This document shows positions 12,034 through 25,500 of a DNA stretch of 64,000 nt, one piece after another (position 1 is the stretch's first letter; each line of letters starts with the position of its first letter). A program made the translations under genes and the position numbers. The DNA lies in the NCBI RefSeq assembly GCF_048593235.1, contig NC_133621.1:101795148-101859147 (forward strand). Direction: 5' to 3'. Under the pieces are notes generated by a model. That model saw only the letters and a program-made list of their open reading frames with translations, ran no database searches and was not told the origin of the DNA. The stretch is from Sminthopsis crassicaudata. Taxonomy: Eukaryota.

Positions 12034-13550
12034 CAGGAGTACTCTCTACTTCATCTCCCTCTCCCTTTCTATCCCTCACACTCTTTCCCATCTCGAGCAC
12101 TATTTGAAGTCTGGGGAGTATGTTTGGAAACAAGACTATTTGATGGTAGGACATGTGTCTTCCTTCCTTTTTTGTGTGCTTGCTATGTTCAGAATGTGTG
12201 CTTGTTCAGAATGGAGGATCTGAGCAAATACTTGAATAAAGCAGCCAGAAAAAAATTAAGCCCACAATGTAATCTACCTGAACTTGGGGTATAACCCACC
12301 TAAGCTCTTTAACAAAAGAAGTTTTACCTAATTGGTTCTTCCAAGAACTCATAGACCAGTAGAGACCAATCACCTGCTCACCACTACAATCCAGGTCCAG
12401 GTTAATATGCATAATGAATTCCCTGAAGTGGTCCCATATATTAGAATTTGCCCTATTTAAAGTTAGAGTTATGTAAAATATGATAACTGGATCCAGCCTA
12501 ATGGGAATCTATGGTGTAAATTTGAACATTACAAATATCTCAGGGAATTCTTTGTTCTCACTAATCAGGACCCAACTCTACCATTTTGTAATCAACTGTT
12601 TGGTGGGTTTGGATTAATTAGAAAGTCTTTGAAGTTAAATGTAATTTAGTAAATAATTAAGTGACTTCAGACCATGGGAACCACACTTGGAAACTCTTAA
12701 GCTAAATCAAGTTAGATCAGTTGTGTTTCTATTATTATTTTATTTTTGTTATTTATTTATTATTAAATGTTGTTATTTATTGTTTTATTTATTTTATTAT
12801 TATGTCTTTCAGTGCAATAGTTAGTTTTAGATATTGACTAAGAAGCAGTTAGAATGGAAACAACCCCCCCAATTCCCATTATGTTGTACTTTTAAATTCT
12901 TTGGGAAATAAGAGAAAATAATATAATATTTAGGAATTTTAACTCTCATTTTGTATTAAATAAGCCCAACATTAATTTCAAATTGTGGAAATTCTCCCTT
13001 AGGGTCAGGGTCTGTTTTTGTGTTTTTGCCTTTCTTTGTATCTCTGGTGCTTGGCACAGTACCTTTAGTAAGGCTTAATGAATGTTGGGTCATATACTGA
13101 TTGATTTTTGAAGGATTACTGTTGTAGAAATTCCCATGCATGCAGAGCGAACATAATGTGAAAATGTTGGGGTGTTTCATGGGCTTATTGATTTATATAT
13201 TACTTTTGCTTTTTTGTAGGCTTTTTCTTCCTCGTGGTTTTTCCCTTTGGTTCTGATTTTTTTTTCACAAAATTGTTAATATGTAAATATTAAATATTAA
13301 TTAAATTAATATTTAAATATTTAAATAATTGTACATGTATAACCTATATCAAAGTGCTTGCTGTCTTGGGGAAGGGGGAGGGAAAGGAGGGAGAAAAACT
13401 TTTGGAACACAAAATCTTACAAAACTGAATGTTAAACTATCTTTCCATGTAATTCGAAAAATAAGTCTATTGAAATTTTTCTTGAAGTTTTGCTGTAGAA
13501 GGGAATTTATTATGTTGACCTCCTCCTGCCTCTTCCTCATTAACTCATTC

Positions 13551-13592
<42 letters not shown>

Positions 13593-16500
13593 TCATCAAC
13601 AGTTAGCCTCCAAACCTGCATTTTTCCGGCAAAATTCAGAGCGAAGGAATTTCAAGCTGTTGGACATGAGAAAGCTAAGTCGAGATGGTGCTGGATCTCC
13701 TTCCAGAATCAGCCCACCCTCTACTCCCAGCAGCCCAGATGATACTTTCTTTAACCTGGAAAATCCCCAGAATGGAAGGAGGAGAAAAAAGATACCCAAG
13801 GTATTTCCCCTAGCTTTTCCCATCAAACATCTTTTCCAGAAAAGTATCTTGCTGTAGGGCTGCCCTGGAGGACAACAGAGAGCTGGACAAAAATGCAGAT
13901 TGATAGAACTTCTCTTCCTTAATTTCTCTGTGGCCCGAATGGGTTTCTTAACACTAATTTCACTCTTTTGTGACCAGTTTTGCATCCGTACCATTCAGGT
14001 ACATTTAAAGTGGGCTGACTCTTTACCTACATAGTATAGCATTTGATCTTTCTTCACAGTTCCACAGAGGGATGAATTCTAAGGAATTTAGGCAAAATCT
14101 GATGAAATGGACACCAAAGACAACCCTAAAGGGTAAAATTAATCATCAAACATAATAATAACTCAGATTTATATAGTGTTTTAAGGTTCAAAGGTACTTT
14201 CCCCATTGTAGAGTGTATGTCATTATTACCATTTTAAAGATAAGGAGACTGAAGAAAGATGCAGCTATGTATATAACATATGTGGAAGAAGTCCCACCCA
14301 CTTTGCCTTGATGACAGGGGAAAAAAATATATTGTATACATGTGTGTATTAGAGTCTTTGGGCTGTTCTTTAAGTATTAGCTCATGTATCCATATTCTTA
14401 TTCCCTGTTAGATTCCTTTAAGTCAGTGCCATTGACCATCACTGTCAATATGATTCATTGTGCAGGGAACTGAAAATGGTGACCTTAATTCATCACACCC
14501 TAGTAATTGCTCTGATGTGGATATGTTCAAAAAAATTTTAATATATTTTGTCTTAGTATCAGACCAGATGCTTTCTAACAAACACCCAAACTAAATAAAC
14601 CCCCCTAGAAAGCACAGTAAGCTAAATTGCTTAATATGATTATTTGCCATTGATAATATATGTTAATTTCCATGTTTGTAGTTTATGACATGGTGCTTTC
14701 TTAAACATAATGGCAGAGAGCCTACAATTTGAGAGAAGTTGGGAGGTACTCAGTTTATACAGGATTTTCCCCCCATTTTAAATTTAAATATTGGCCAATG
14801 GGATATGCAAATCTACTGGTAGACTTGTATCCATAGCATCTAGCAAAGTACCTGGCTTATAATTATTCTGAATGATTGGAGTAGAGCAGAGTTAATCTGG
14901 CAGATTGACTTCCTCCACTAAAATCCTCACTGTGCCGTGGAAGTGACCCTGGATTTTGGGAGGTTCTTATAGATATTACCAAATGGAAAGGGGTTTGAGA
15001 GTATATGCTTTAGGCAGACCATCCTATTTAAGCTTAGAAATGCTTGCTACATCTGTGCATATGTTTTGAAAATAAAAAGTTTTTAAAAATTAAAAAAAGA
15101 AATTCTTACTACCAGAAAGTTTTTCATTAAGTGATAATGTGTTTTAGCTACAGAAACTCATGCTGTCCTCTCCAAGGCATGAAGGCTCTGTGATCCAAAT
15201 TGTCAAAGGGAGATCGTAGACTAAAGAGATCACAGACCCTGTAGATTAAAACCTCTAGCTAGAGAGAGGTCATCTATCTAGAGACAGGCATCTCTCTAGA
15301 AGAAGGGAACTCAAAAGCTATCTAATCCCACACCCTCCTTTTATATTTGAGCCAATTAGGGCAGGAGATTTTAGGTGATTTCCTCAAAACTGCTCAGGCA
15401 GTAAGTAGAATTGAAATCCAGCTCTTCCTGCTCTAGAGTCAGTTCTTCCACTGCACCACATTGACTCCCTAGATCTCTAAATACATGTAAATATTAGACA
15501 CCCGTTTGACAAAGACATGAAGAAAATAAAAAGTATTATCTACGAGTACATGTGCTTATATTTCTGTGTGAGGCATAAATAAAAATATGCATGTTTTTGG
15601 TGAGGTTTGGGCCCTGATTAGATAAGGACCTTAATTCTGGCTCCTTTTCATTAAGTCAGGAAATTAATTCACAATCATTAAGCATTCATTTTGCGCCAAA
15701 CATTGTGCTAACTGCTGGGAATACAAAGAAAAAGGAGTAGTCCCTGCCTTCCAGTAACTTACATTCTAATTGGGAGACCTTTGCCTGTACTTTCAAAGAT
15801 CATTCAGAGTAGATAAAAGCTTTAGACAGGAAAGCACTAGCAGCTGAATATCCTCTCGAAGACAGATAATGAGATTTTCTGGCACCATTCCCATATAATG
15901 AGGTCTATGCCTGGGAACTTTTTTTTTTTTTTCCTCAGCTATTGGTTCCTTTTTTTTTTTTTTTTTTTTTTAATTTAGGAGAAGTTTCTTCCTAAAATAA
16001 AGTATTGACTTCTCATAATTGTCAGTCTATGAGAAACAATGAAATTATTTCCCAATTAATGGGAACCCTATGTTATGTAATTGGGAAAAACATATATGCT
16101 AAGACTGAAGTATCTGGTAACAATATAATGAGCTGTCCAGGTTCATTAGACATTACTGACAACTACTTCCCTGTCTACCAAGAAGAGTACTGCAAGAAAA
16201 CAATTTGACCCAAGTGTGAAATGTTTCTCTATTTCCATATCCTTTACTGGTCCTGGAGCCTAGCTGAGTGCACAAAGCATGGGATTTCAGGGTTGTCCAC
16301 AGTCTGTCCTCGATAAGAGGTAGGTAGAACTCAGAAACACACCTTGAAGGCTGTAAGATTGATTTTTCTTCTTTTGATGTTGGGTAGTTGGTCTTGCGGA
16401 TCAATGCCATTTATGAGGCCCGCCGAGGGAAGAAGAGGGTGAAAAGGCTATCGCAGTCAACGGAGAGCAATTCAGGAAAAGGTAGAGGCATCCAGCCATG

Positions 16501-19500
16501 GGAAACCTAAAAATGGATCTTTGGGAGAAGTGGATAGAATTGGGTTTTGACTGGTTTAGCAGTAGAACAGAACAAACAAAGCTCTATTTAAACTGCTATC
16601 TCCAGTGCCCCATGTATGACAGTGATCAGTCAGGTGGGAGAGGGATTGGGGTCTCATCTATTGTGTCTAAGGCTTTCTTTTGTCCAGAGCACCCTTGGTT
16701 TTACCACTAATCCTATTCTGCCCCCTCTCCCCATTCTGAACTGAGTTCCCTATTCTGTTTGACCCATCATGGCTGTCTACCACCTTGGACAGTAGAAGGC
16801 AAAAGCATCATCATATTCAGAGTTCTTAATCCTTTTTGCACCATGGAACTCTAAGGCAACCTGGTAAAGATTAGAAACGGTCTCAAAATCATGTTTTTAA
16901 ATGCATAAATACAGGATTACAAAAAAATTATTATGCTAAAAAATTTAAAAACTAAAATGAAAACAAGTTTCCCAATCCCAGATATCTCGGTCAGATTTTT
17001 GAGATTAATTTTATTATACCAACTAAGACATGATTTGTCAAAAGTGTGCTAAAATGTAGGCTAAAAAAAGGCTCTTCTGAACCAGAAAGCTGGGTTTTGT
17101 GTTTCTGTGTAGCATATGAAAATTTCATTTGTTGGGAAAGTTTTCATTTACATTTCTTTGCCTCGTCCCTTTTGGCACAGTGACAGATGAAAACAGTGAA
17201 TCAGACAGTGACACCGAGGAGAAACTGAAAGGTGAGATGAGAAACGGATGTGGAAGTGGCCTACACTGTATATTGGAAATGTTTAATTGTTCCTGGTTTT
17301 AAGGCTAAGGGGGGGAAAGAAGCTTAGCATAGCACAGGAAGGTCTTTTCTATTAAGTAGGGGAGGCCCAGTTCTCAAATGCAAGGTCAAGAATTAAAACT
17401 CTAAGAGGTTAAATCTTAGGGTAGAGGAAAAAGGGGAGGAGAAGCACAGGGACATCAGAGGAGGATTTACCATGAACATACTTGAGAAAAGAATCTTGCA
17501 ATTATTGACCAATGCTGAACATTCCAGAAGACTAAAACTGACTAGAAGCAATTGCTTGACCTTTACACAATTTCCTGTGGTTTTATCAGCTTTTTTTTTT
17601 TTTTTTTTTTTTTTTTTGTACTGGTGTAGCCAAAAGAACAAAACCAAAAAACCTGAGAGTAATCCTGAATCTCTGTGACTAGTGATTAATCGCTTCACCA
17701 ATTTAAATGTTACTTGCCTTATGTGTATTATGAGGAGGTTAGACAAGATCATTTCTAAAATATCTCCCAGCTTTTACAATTGTACTGTACTTTCTTTGAA
17801 CGGCTCTGAAGCTCAGTGAGAAGCCACAGAGTCCATAGTTTAATGTTACAAGATCAGGTCATGGCATAAGATGCCCTGACCATCCCAAAGTCATCATTTT
17901 TGTAGCACTTACCTCCATTTCTGGGACCAGTGTGCCCAGACTGCATTTTTAGAGTCACCAAATCCTGGTTTCAGTTTGGGTTCTGTTTTTCTGCCACCCG
18001 TGTTATTTTAGGAAAGTTCCTTGACCCTTGTAGACTTCAGTTTTCTCTTCTGTTAAATATGAATATTGGACTAGATGTCCTCACAAGTCCCTGCTACTCT
18101 AACATTCCATGATCCTAAAGTGACCCAAAATTATCTACTGGCCTCCAAAGTGCTATGGATGTATTATAGTTTTCAGTGGGAGATTAGATTTTATTGGGAG
18201 GTTAGGAAGCTAGGTGATCAGCATCACCATCTCCACTTAAGAGATGGAATTTGGGCTTTGATGAGCTACTCAGTGTCCATGCTAAGCCACAGCACTAGAA
18301 TGAAAAAAATTCACAAACTAAATTTCCTCACTCAGATTTCTAAGATTTGGCTACTTAGGGGTTAAAAGACCATGGAAGCAATCAGTACGTTTTTATTGAA
18401 TGTTACAAGTTGGACTAGACATTACTAAGCATGCTGAAGTGGTATGCAAGGATCCATTTAGCAAAATTAGCCTCTCTTTCTCTCTCCAGCTCACAGCCAG
18501 CGCCTGGTCAATGTGAAATCCCGTCTGAAGCAGGCTCCTCGGTATCAGTCTCTGGAGAGGGATCTCATTGAATATCAAGAGAGGCAGCTATTTGAGTATT
18601 TTGTGGTGGTGTCCCTACAGAAAAAACAGGCAGGGGCTGCATATGTGCCAGAACTCACCCAGCAATTCCCTCTAAAGGTAAGGACTGAGTGAGGTGTCCA
18701 TTGAACAGAACTGCCTTTAGTCATGGAGCTTCTAGTTTCTGCTTGCAATCATACCTTGCACTACCAGAAAGACTTGGCAGATATTGAAAAATGTGGAAAC
18801 CTAAAGAAAACATAATTATTGCTTGAATTTTGCAAATAGGAAGTAAAATAATGATTAGATCCTAATTTAAAAGAAAAGATCTTAATGGAGTATATTGGGT
18901 ATGAGGCTCCATAGGGCAAGACAGATGGGGAGATGTATGACATCCTTGGGAGAAGAAACAAAAGCATTACTGGACCTTAGGACTCTTTTCATCTTGCTTA
19001 CCCCTTCTCTCATCTATCCATTCCTTCTCTCTTTCATCCAAATCCTATCATTTTTTGTCCATTTTCTTCTTCCAATTTTTCTCTTAATTATATGATTTCC
19101 ATATACTATCTGCCTGTCTATGTCTTTTCTTTTTAATCTCCATACATTGTCTTGGATCTTTTTATGTAGTTCAAGATATAAAACAAAGGACACACTAAAA
19201 TGATTATTAAATGTAGAGTGAATGAATGTATATGCACATATAACAGAGCTCCATTATAGCTTGAGTTATATGGATTCAGGTTTTTTAAATTAAGAATTTA
19301 AACCCATAGATTAAAATCATAGTCTCCAGAAAAGAACTACATATTAGAAGTTTTCTGTTATACAGTAGTTAACTGGTAACAGATGTCATTGCTGTTGCCT
19401 TAATGCCAATATGATAAAGGGATTCTACTGTATTTGTGGAAGGAAGAAAATGTGCATTTCTTAAGTACCTACTGTTTCAGTGCTAAGTGTTTTACTAGTA

Positions 19501-22500
19501 TTATTTCTTTTCAGCCTCTCAATAGCCTTGGAAGGTAACCTTCCTATAATGATCTCCATTTTATAGTTGAGAAAACTGAGGCAGATTAAATCTAAATCAC
19601 ACAACTAGAAAATATCCAAACCTGATTTGTCTCCCTGACTTTGTGTTTAGGGCTCTTACCCACTACTCCACTTTACTGCCCTATTTGTGATGCATATATT
19701 AATAGTTGTTTGTGATAGAATAGAATACAGCACCCAACCCTCTCTCTTTAATGTTCATATTCTTTCATCGTTTAAATTCTAATTAATCACTAAAAGCAAA
19801 CATCTAAAAATTGATTAAAAATGACAACACATAAAACCAGAATGAAGTTTATTCTTTACTTCTAACACTTAAGAAGAAAAAGAGAGAGACAATTTTTCCA
19901 TCAAAGACACACACACATACACTAATGAATTTTCCCATGGTGTCAAGGACCCTTAGGGTATAAACTCAGAACGGGTAAAGTAAATCACATGTTTAGTCAC
20001 AAGTACCTGACTTACTTGGTAAAAGTTCAGAGCACTAANNNNNNNNNNNNNNNNNNNNNNNNNNNNNNNNNNNNNNNNNNNNNNNNNNNNNNNNNNNNNN
20101 NNNNNNNNNNNNNNNNNNNNNNNNNNNNNNNNNNNNNNNNNNNNNNNNNNNNNNNNNNNNNNNNNNNNNNNNNNNNNNNNNNNNNNNNNNNNNNCCTCTC
20201 TCAGTCTCTCTCTCTTCATCATAGTCTCTCTCTCTCATCTCTCTCTCTGATATATATATATTATATATACATATTATATATTACTATAATATATAGTATA
20301 TATATATATATAGTACCCTCCACTGGCTGTCCAGGTGCTAGGCTAAGTTTGATATAACATCAAGATAAGATAGGCTTGCCATGTGATACTCCCCTTACAT
20401 AGCCTAATGGGAGTTAATTATCTTAGAAGGACAAAGTGCTATAGAAGCTCCAGAATGCTATAGGAGTGATCATTACTAATGGAGAGGTTCTCAAAGATAG
20501 ATTTCCTAGAAGGAACTATCATTAACAGTAGACTATAACCAATGGGAGAAGGAAGGGGAAAATATAATAGGAGTTTAGCTCCAAGGCCATTTTCCAGTTT
20601 CTACAAGCTGGATTAAAACTCATTCTGTATTCAATGTTTGGCTTTGTTTTTATCTAATGTGGTACTGTGTTGGTTTGTGGTACTGAAACTCTGGACAGCA
20701 GCTGAAGCTGAATATAGAGATCTAGGCGTCATTTACATAGGTATAATAAAGCCATCAGAATTGATGAAGTCATCAAAAGAGACAGGATACACAGGACAGT
20801 CTGATGGAGAAGGGGATGTATGGAAATGGACCTTGTCAAGGAGGAGGACCATCTTACTATCAGAGATTGATGGAGAGGAAGAAAGAATGAGAGATGATGT
20901 CAAGGGGTTTGAAATGAAGAGAAAGAAGGGGGAATGATCTCAATTAATAAAGCAGGAGGGCAGATCCTCAGGTGAGAGAATGGAGGCAAGAGAAGAGAAG
21001 GTTTGGAATAGTTTCTGTGCTGCAGTGAGGGCCCAGATGAAGTTAGAGGATATGATTTTATAGTGTCCCACTTAGGAATTGTATAATTTCTCCCTCTCTG
21101 TTCAGCAGCAATTTAAATAGGACCAGAGGAAGAAGACCATGAGTCTGGGGCAAAACAATTTGTAGCCATATCTTTCAAATTCAAGATTTTTTTTTTCCCA
21201 TTTTGCTCTCCCATGTGTTGGTTCTTTCTGTTTGGTCAAAGGAGTAGGGCAGGGGGTAGAACAGCATAGCTGTGATCATTGAACTGCATTGTCTTAATAG
21301 AAATAGTACAGACTATGCTTTTAATTAGGTCTCTGACCTTATTACCTAAGCTGATGATTGGGGCCTCAATTTCTTTATCTATAAATTGAGGAAATGGGGA
21401 AAGATAATCTCAAAACTTTCTTTTTAGATTTAAATCCTTTTCCTTTTTAGAGTTATATATATTTTTATTCAATTTTATTTTATTTTCAGTTCTGAATTTT
21501 CCCACTTCTATTGAGAAGACAAGAAAAGTAAAAATCCATTTCAAATATTATAACCAAAATATACTCAAACCAAATTTGAATAAATCTTGAGATCTTTCAA
21601 TTGAAAGAAACAAATATCCTTCTATTTTTTAGTGGGGAGAAAGGATAGGGACATTTCAGAATTTTGGCCATGAGAAAATTTTCATACAATAAAAACTTGT
21701 TTTGCTGTTGTTTTCTGTATAAAATATTAGACTTATAAGCTCTTTGAGAACAAGGATCCTATCTTATCCATCACGAAATTTCAGTCAATACTTAGTGTAG
21801 TGTCTTGTGAAGAGAAAACACTCAATAAATGTTTGTTACATTGTTAAATGTGTAATTATGTTACCACAAGAAGAATAACACCTAACAACCTGAACCCAAC
21901 TTCTCATCCAGAATTAGATAAGATAGTGTCAGGTCCCTGGACTGGTGAGGAAGCAATAAGTTAATATATTTTTTCAGACACTTAGGTGGCTCAGTGGACA
22001 GAGCGCTGGCTCTGGGAGGGCCAGAGTTCAAATCCAACCTCAGATTTTGACACTAGCTCATCACTAAACGCTACCTTGCAAGAATATATTTTTTTCAGTA
22101 CTCTGAGAACATTGTGGTATTTTTCCAGATACTGGCCCACTGCTCAACTCTGCTAATTTTTCTCTCTGCAGCTGGATCGATCATTCAAATTCATGAGGGA
22201 AGCAGAAGATCAGCTTAAGGCTATTCCCCAATTCTGTTTCCCTGATGCCAAGGATTGGGCGCCTGTGTACCAGTTTACTAGGTATGTGCTGGCATCTCCC
22301 CAGGAGGCTAGAACACAAATTAGGAATTCTGATTCTCTGCCTGTAGGAAACGCGGGCCCATTTGCCAAAGGAGACACTTGGGATATATGCCCGTTCGCTC
22401 TCTCTATTCCCCTAAGCATTCAATAAATTACAACTTGTATTTTCTCTGATTAGCTCATGCTGTGTCATTTCTCGCTAATGTAATAGAAAAAGCTCTAGTC

Positions 22501-25500
22501 TGACTCAGCAGGCTTCACATACCGGTCACAGTATTTAATAGTGCTTTTTACCTTAGACCAGTAACATTTTCTCTCTTTCAGCTTCCATTTCCTCACCTTT
22601 AAAGTAGGGATAATAACATCATTCTGCCTACCTTGCAGGCCTGTTGTAAAGAAAGTGCTTTGAAAGTACTCTATAAAAACTGAATGATTATAGTTCATCC
22701 AAAACCATCACTTTGTCCTGTTATGTTACTTACTGAGCATTTTATTATTAATTATTTGAGTTTCTAAGAAAAACTCATTAAATTATACAGATGAATTTTT
22801 AAGTAAGATCTTGTTCACTGAAATTGGCCATGTGGTCTAAGACAGGAGCCTGACCTTTCGTGTCATAGATCCCTTTTCAGTCTGGTGTCTCAGAGTAATA
22901 TTTTTCATTAGGTAAAAGAAAATATATAGGATTACAAAGGAAAGCTGTTATATTGAAATACAATTATTTTAATAACAAAAAAACAAGCTTGCAGAATCCC
23001 ATTTGTAAGGGGTTTTCTGCATGAGTGTAGTCAGTCAGGAAAACTCATAAAGTCAAGTGTAAGCAGGCAGGAGCAAGAGGGTAGCTAGTGTGGCATCTGA
23101 AGGAGCACAAAACTGTCCTAGGCTCAGCCCCCTTCCTTTATTCCCCATGCACAGCTCCATAACCATGTCTTGTATTTCCTTCCTCTTGCTCCCCTCCTGA
23201 GGCATCCTGTTCTCACAGCTCCACAAATGACAACCTACTGGAGTTCTTTCCTCAATATTTGGATCAGAGGTTCTTAACCTAAGAGCCATGAATTTGATTG
23301 GTTGGTTTTAAATACACACACACACATACATACCTATATAAGGGGCCCAGCAAGTGATACTTCAGAATAGGTTATGTTAATTATATTATATCACATATAA
23401 ATTATATTAACATTAAATACTCTACATTGAAGTCTAACTTAATATTTTAAAAATATTTCAAAACTGTCCTTCAATATTCAATGGTTTCTTTGCTAATCCT
23501 ATATCTTTTATCTTATGCATTTAAAAAAATGATTCTGAAAAGGCCTCCATGGGGTTCAGCAGATCACTAAAGGGACGCATGGTGCACACAAAAGGGTGAA
23601 AAACCCTTGATTTAAGTGGTATTAATGAGGACATGCTTTCCTCATCGTTTAGATCATTTTGTTTGGTCAAGGGAGTGGAGCAGAGGATAAAGCAGAAGGA
23701 GAAAACCCTAGTTACTGTGTTCTTAGACTCCTTCCCCGGCGAATCCCACTAGTCCAGATTACTCATCCTCAGCCTAGAGTTGGAAAACTGGCAAGAACCC
23801 TCGTCACCCCTGTGCTTTCCTACCTGTGTCTCACCATGAGCTGGCTGGCCTCCAGCTGCATGTATGTAGATGGTGATTTTTTCTTTTCTTTAAAATGCAT
23901 CTTTATTTTCTCAAACAAACAGTGAAACATTCTCGTTTGTCCTGACTGGAGAGGACGGAAGTCGAAGATTCGGGTACTGCCGCAGGCTTCTGGTAACTAC
24001 TCTTTATCCCTTGGTCCCCAGGACAGCCAGGGCCAGCCCAGGGCTTTGTCTGTCACTTGCTCTGGCCAATGAGAGGGGACAGCATCTTCTTTTTAGTCAC
24101 TTGAGGGCAACAAAGGAAGCTTGATGCTCTTCCTATACTGATAGTGTCACGGTCCTACTTCAAGGATTATAGAAATATACTCTCCAGGTCCCCCCAGTAA
24201 ACGCTATTAGTCTAGGAATAGCTGAAAAAATGTTATAAAATGCTATGCTCTGAGGACAGAAAGTCCTTGTCCTCAAAGAGCTCCCCTCCCATGGGAAGTT
24301 TCAGCTGCAGTCACACTATTGCAGAGTTCATTTAGACTGTAGCCTGGAAGAGACCTTGACTATAGACATGTGCTATGTACCATTCCTCCATTCAGTGGAC
24401 AAGTATATCAGGTGTGAGTCTAAGGCAAGACAGCTTTAAAAAATGTTTGAAAGAATTCTCATCTGAATAAAGATTATCCCCATCAAAAAGGGTCACCCTG
24501 AGAAACTGTGTACCCTTACTCCAATGTGCTGCCATTATTCAAAACATTCTATGACTCTTTTTGAGATTCCCTTATTTAAAATATAACTGTGACTAATATG
24601 GCGTGCATAAACTATCTCAAACTGCCTACCATCTTTGGAAGAGGGGATATAGGGAAGAAAAAAATTGGAATTCAAAATTTTATAAAAATGAGTGCTAAAA
24701 ATTTTCTCAATTATTATATTATAATCATATATAATTATAAAATATAAATAAAATAAATTAGGAAACACATTCTTGCTGTCAGATTTATAAGCCTTCATCT
24801 TAGGGATAATTAGCTTTGTGGTGATTAGAGAACTGGATTCAGAGTTAGAAAGATCTGAGTTCAAATTCCATAGCAGACAACTAATTACTAGCCATATGAC
24901 TTTATGCTGTGACTCTTATTAACCTTCCAAGAGAATAAGTAGTGGGTAAGAGAGATGGTGGGGCACTTGGTGATGCAGTGGTTAGAGTGTCAGATCTAAA
25001 GTCAGAAATACTCATCTTCCTGAGTTCAAATCCAGCCTCCAACACTTACTGTGTAACCTTGACGCAAGTCACTTAATTTGGTTTGTCCCAGTTTGTTCAT
25101 CTATAAAATTTGCTGGAGAAGGGACTGGCAAATCTCCAGTGTCTTTGTCAAGAAAACTCCAAATGGAGTCATAGAGAGTGGGGCACAACTGAAAATGACT
25201 GAACAAAAGAGAGGTGATAAAGGACATTACTCCAGGTTGTTTTGGCCATTAAAAAATTTTCCTTCTCTAAAAAATGAGAATAATAACTTCACCAGCTTCA
25301 CAGGTTATTATGTATCTAAAATTATATACATAGTACTTTTCAAACTTAAAATGCTATAATAGTGTTTTATATTGATTTCTACTACCATCACTTTTACTCT
25401 TCCTCCTCCTCTTACTACTACTACTATTACTATCCTTTGAAAAATTTGAAGGAAATTTCTAAAAAAGTCATTTTTAGTCAAATTTGGTGGATAAAGTGGT

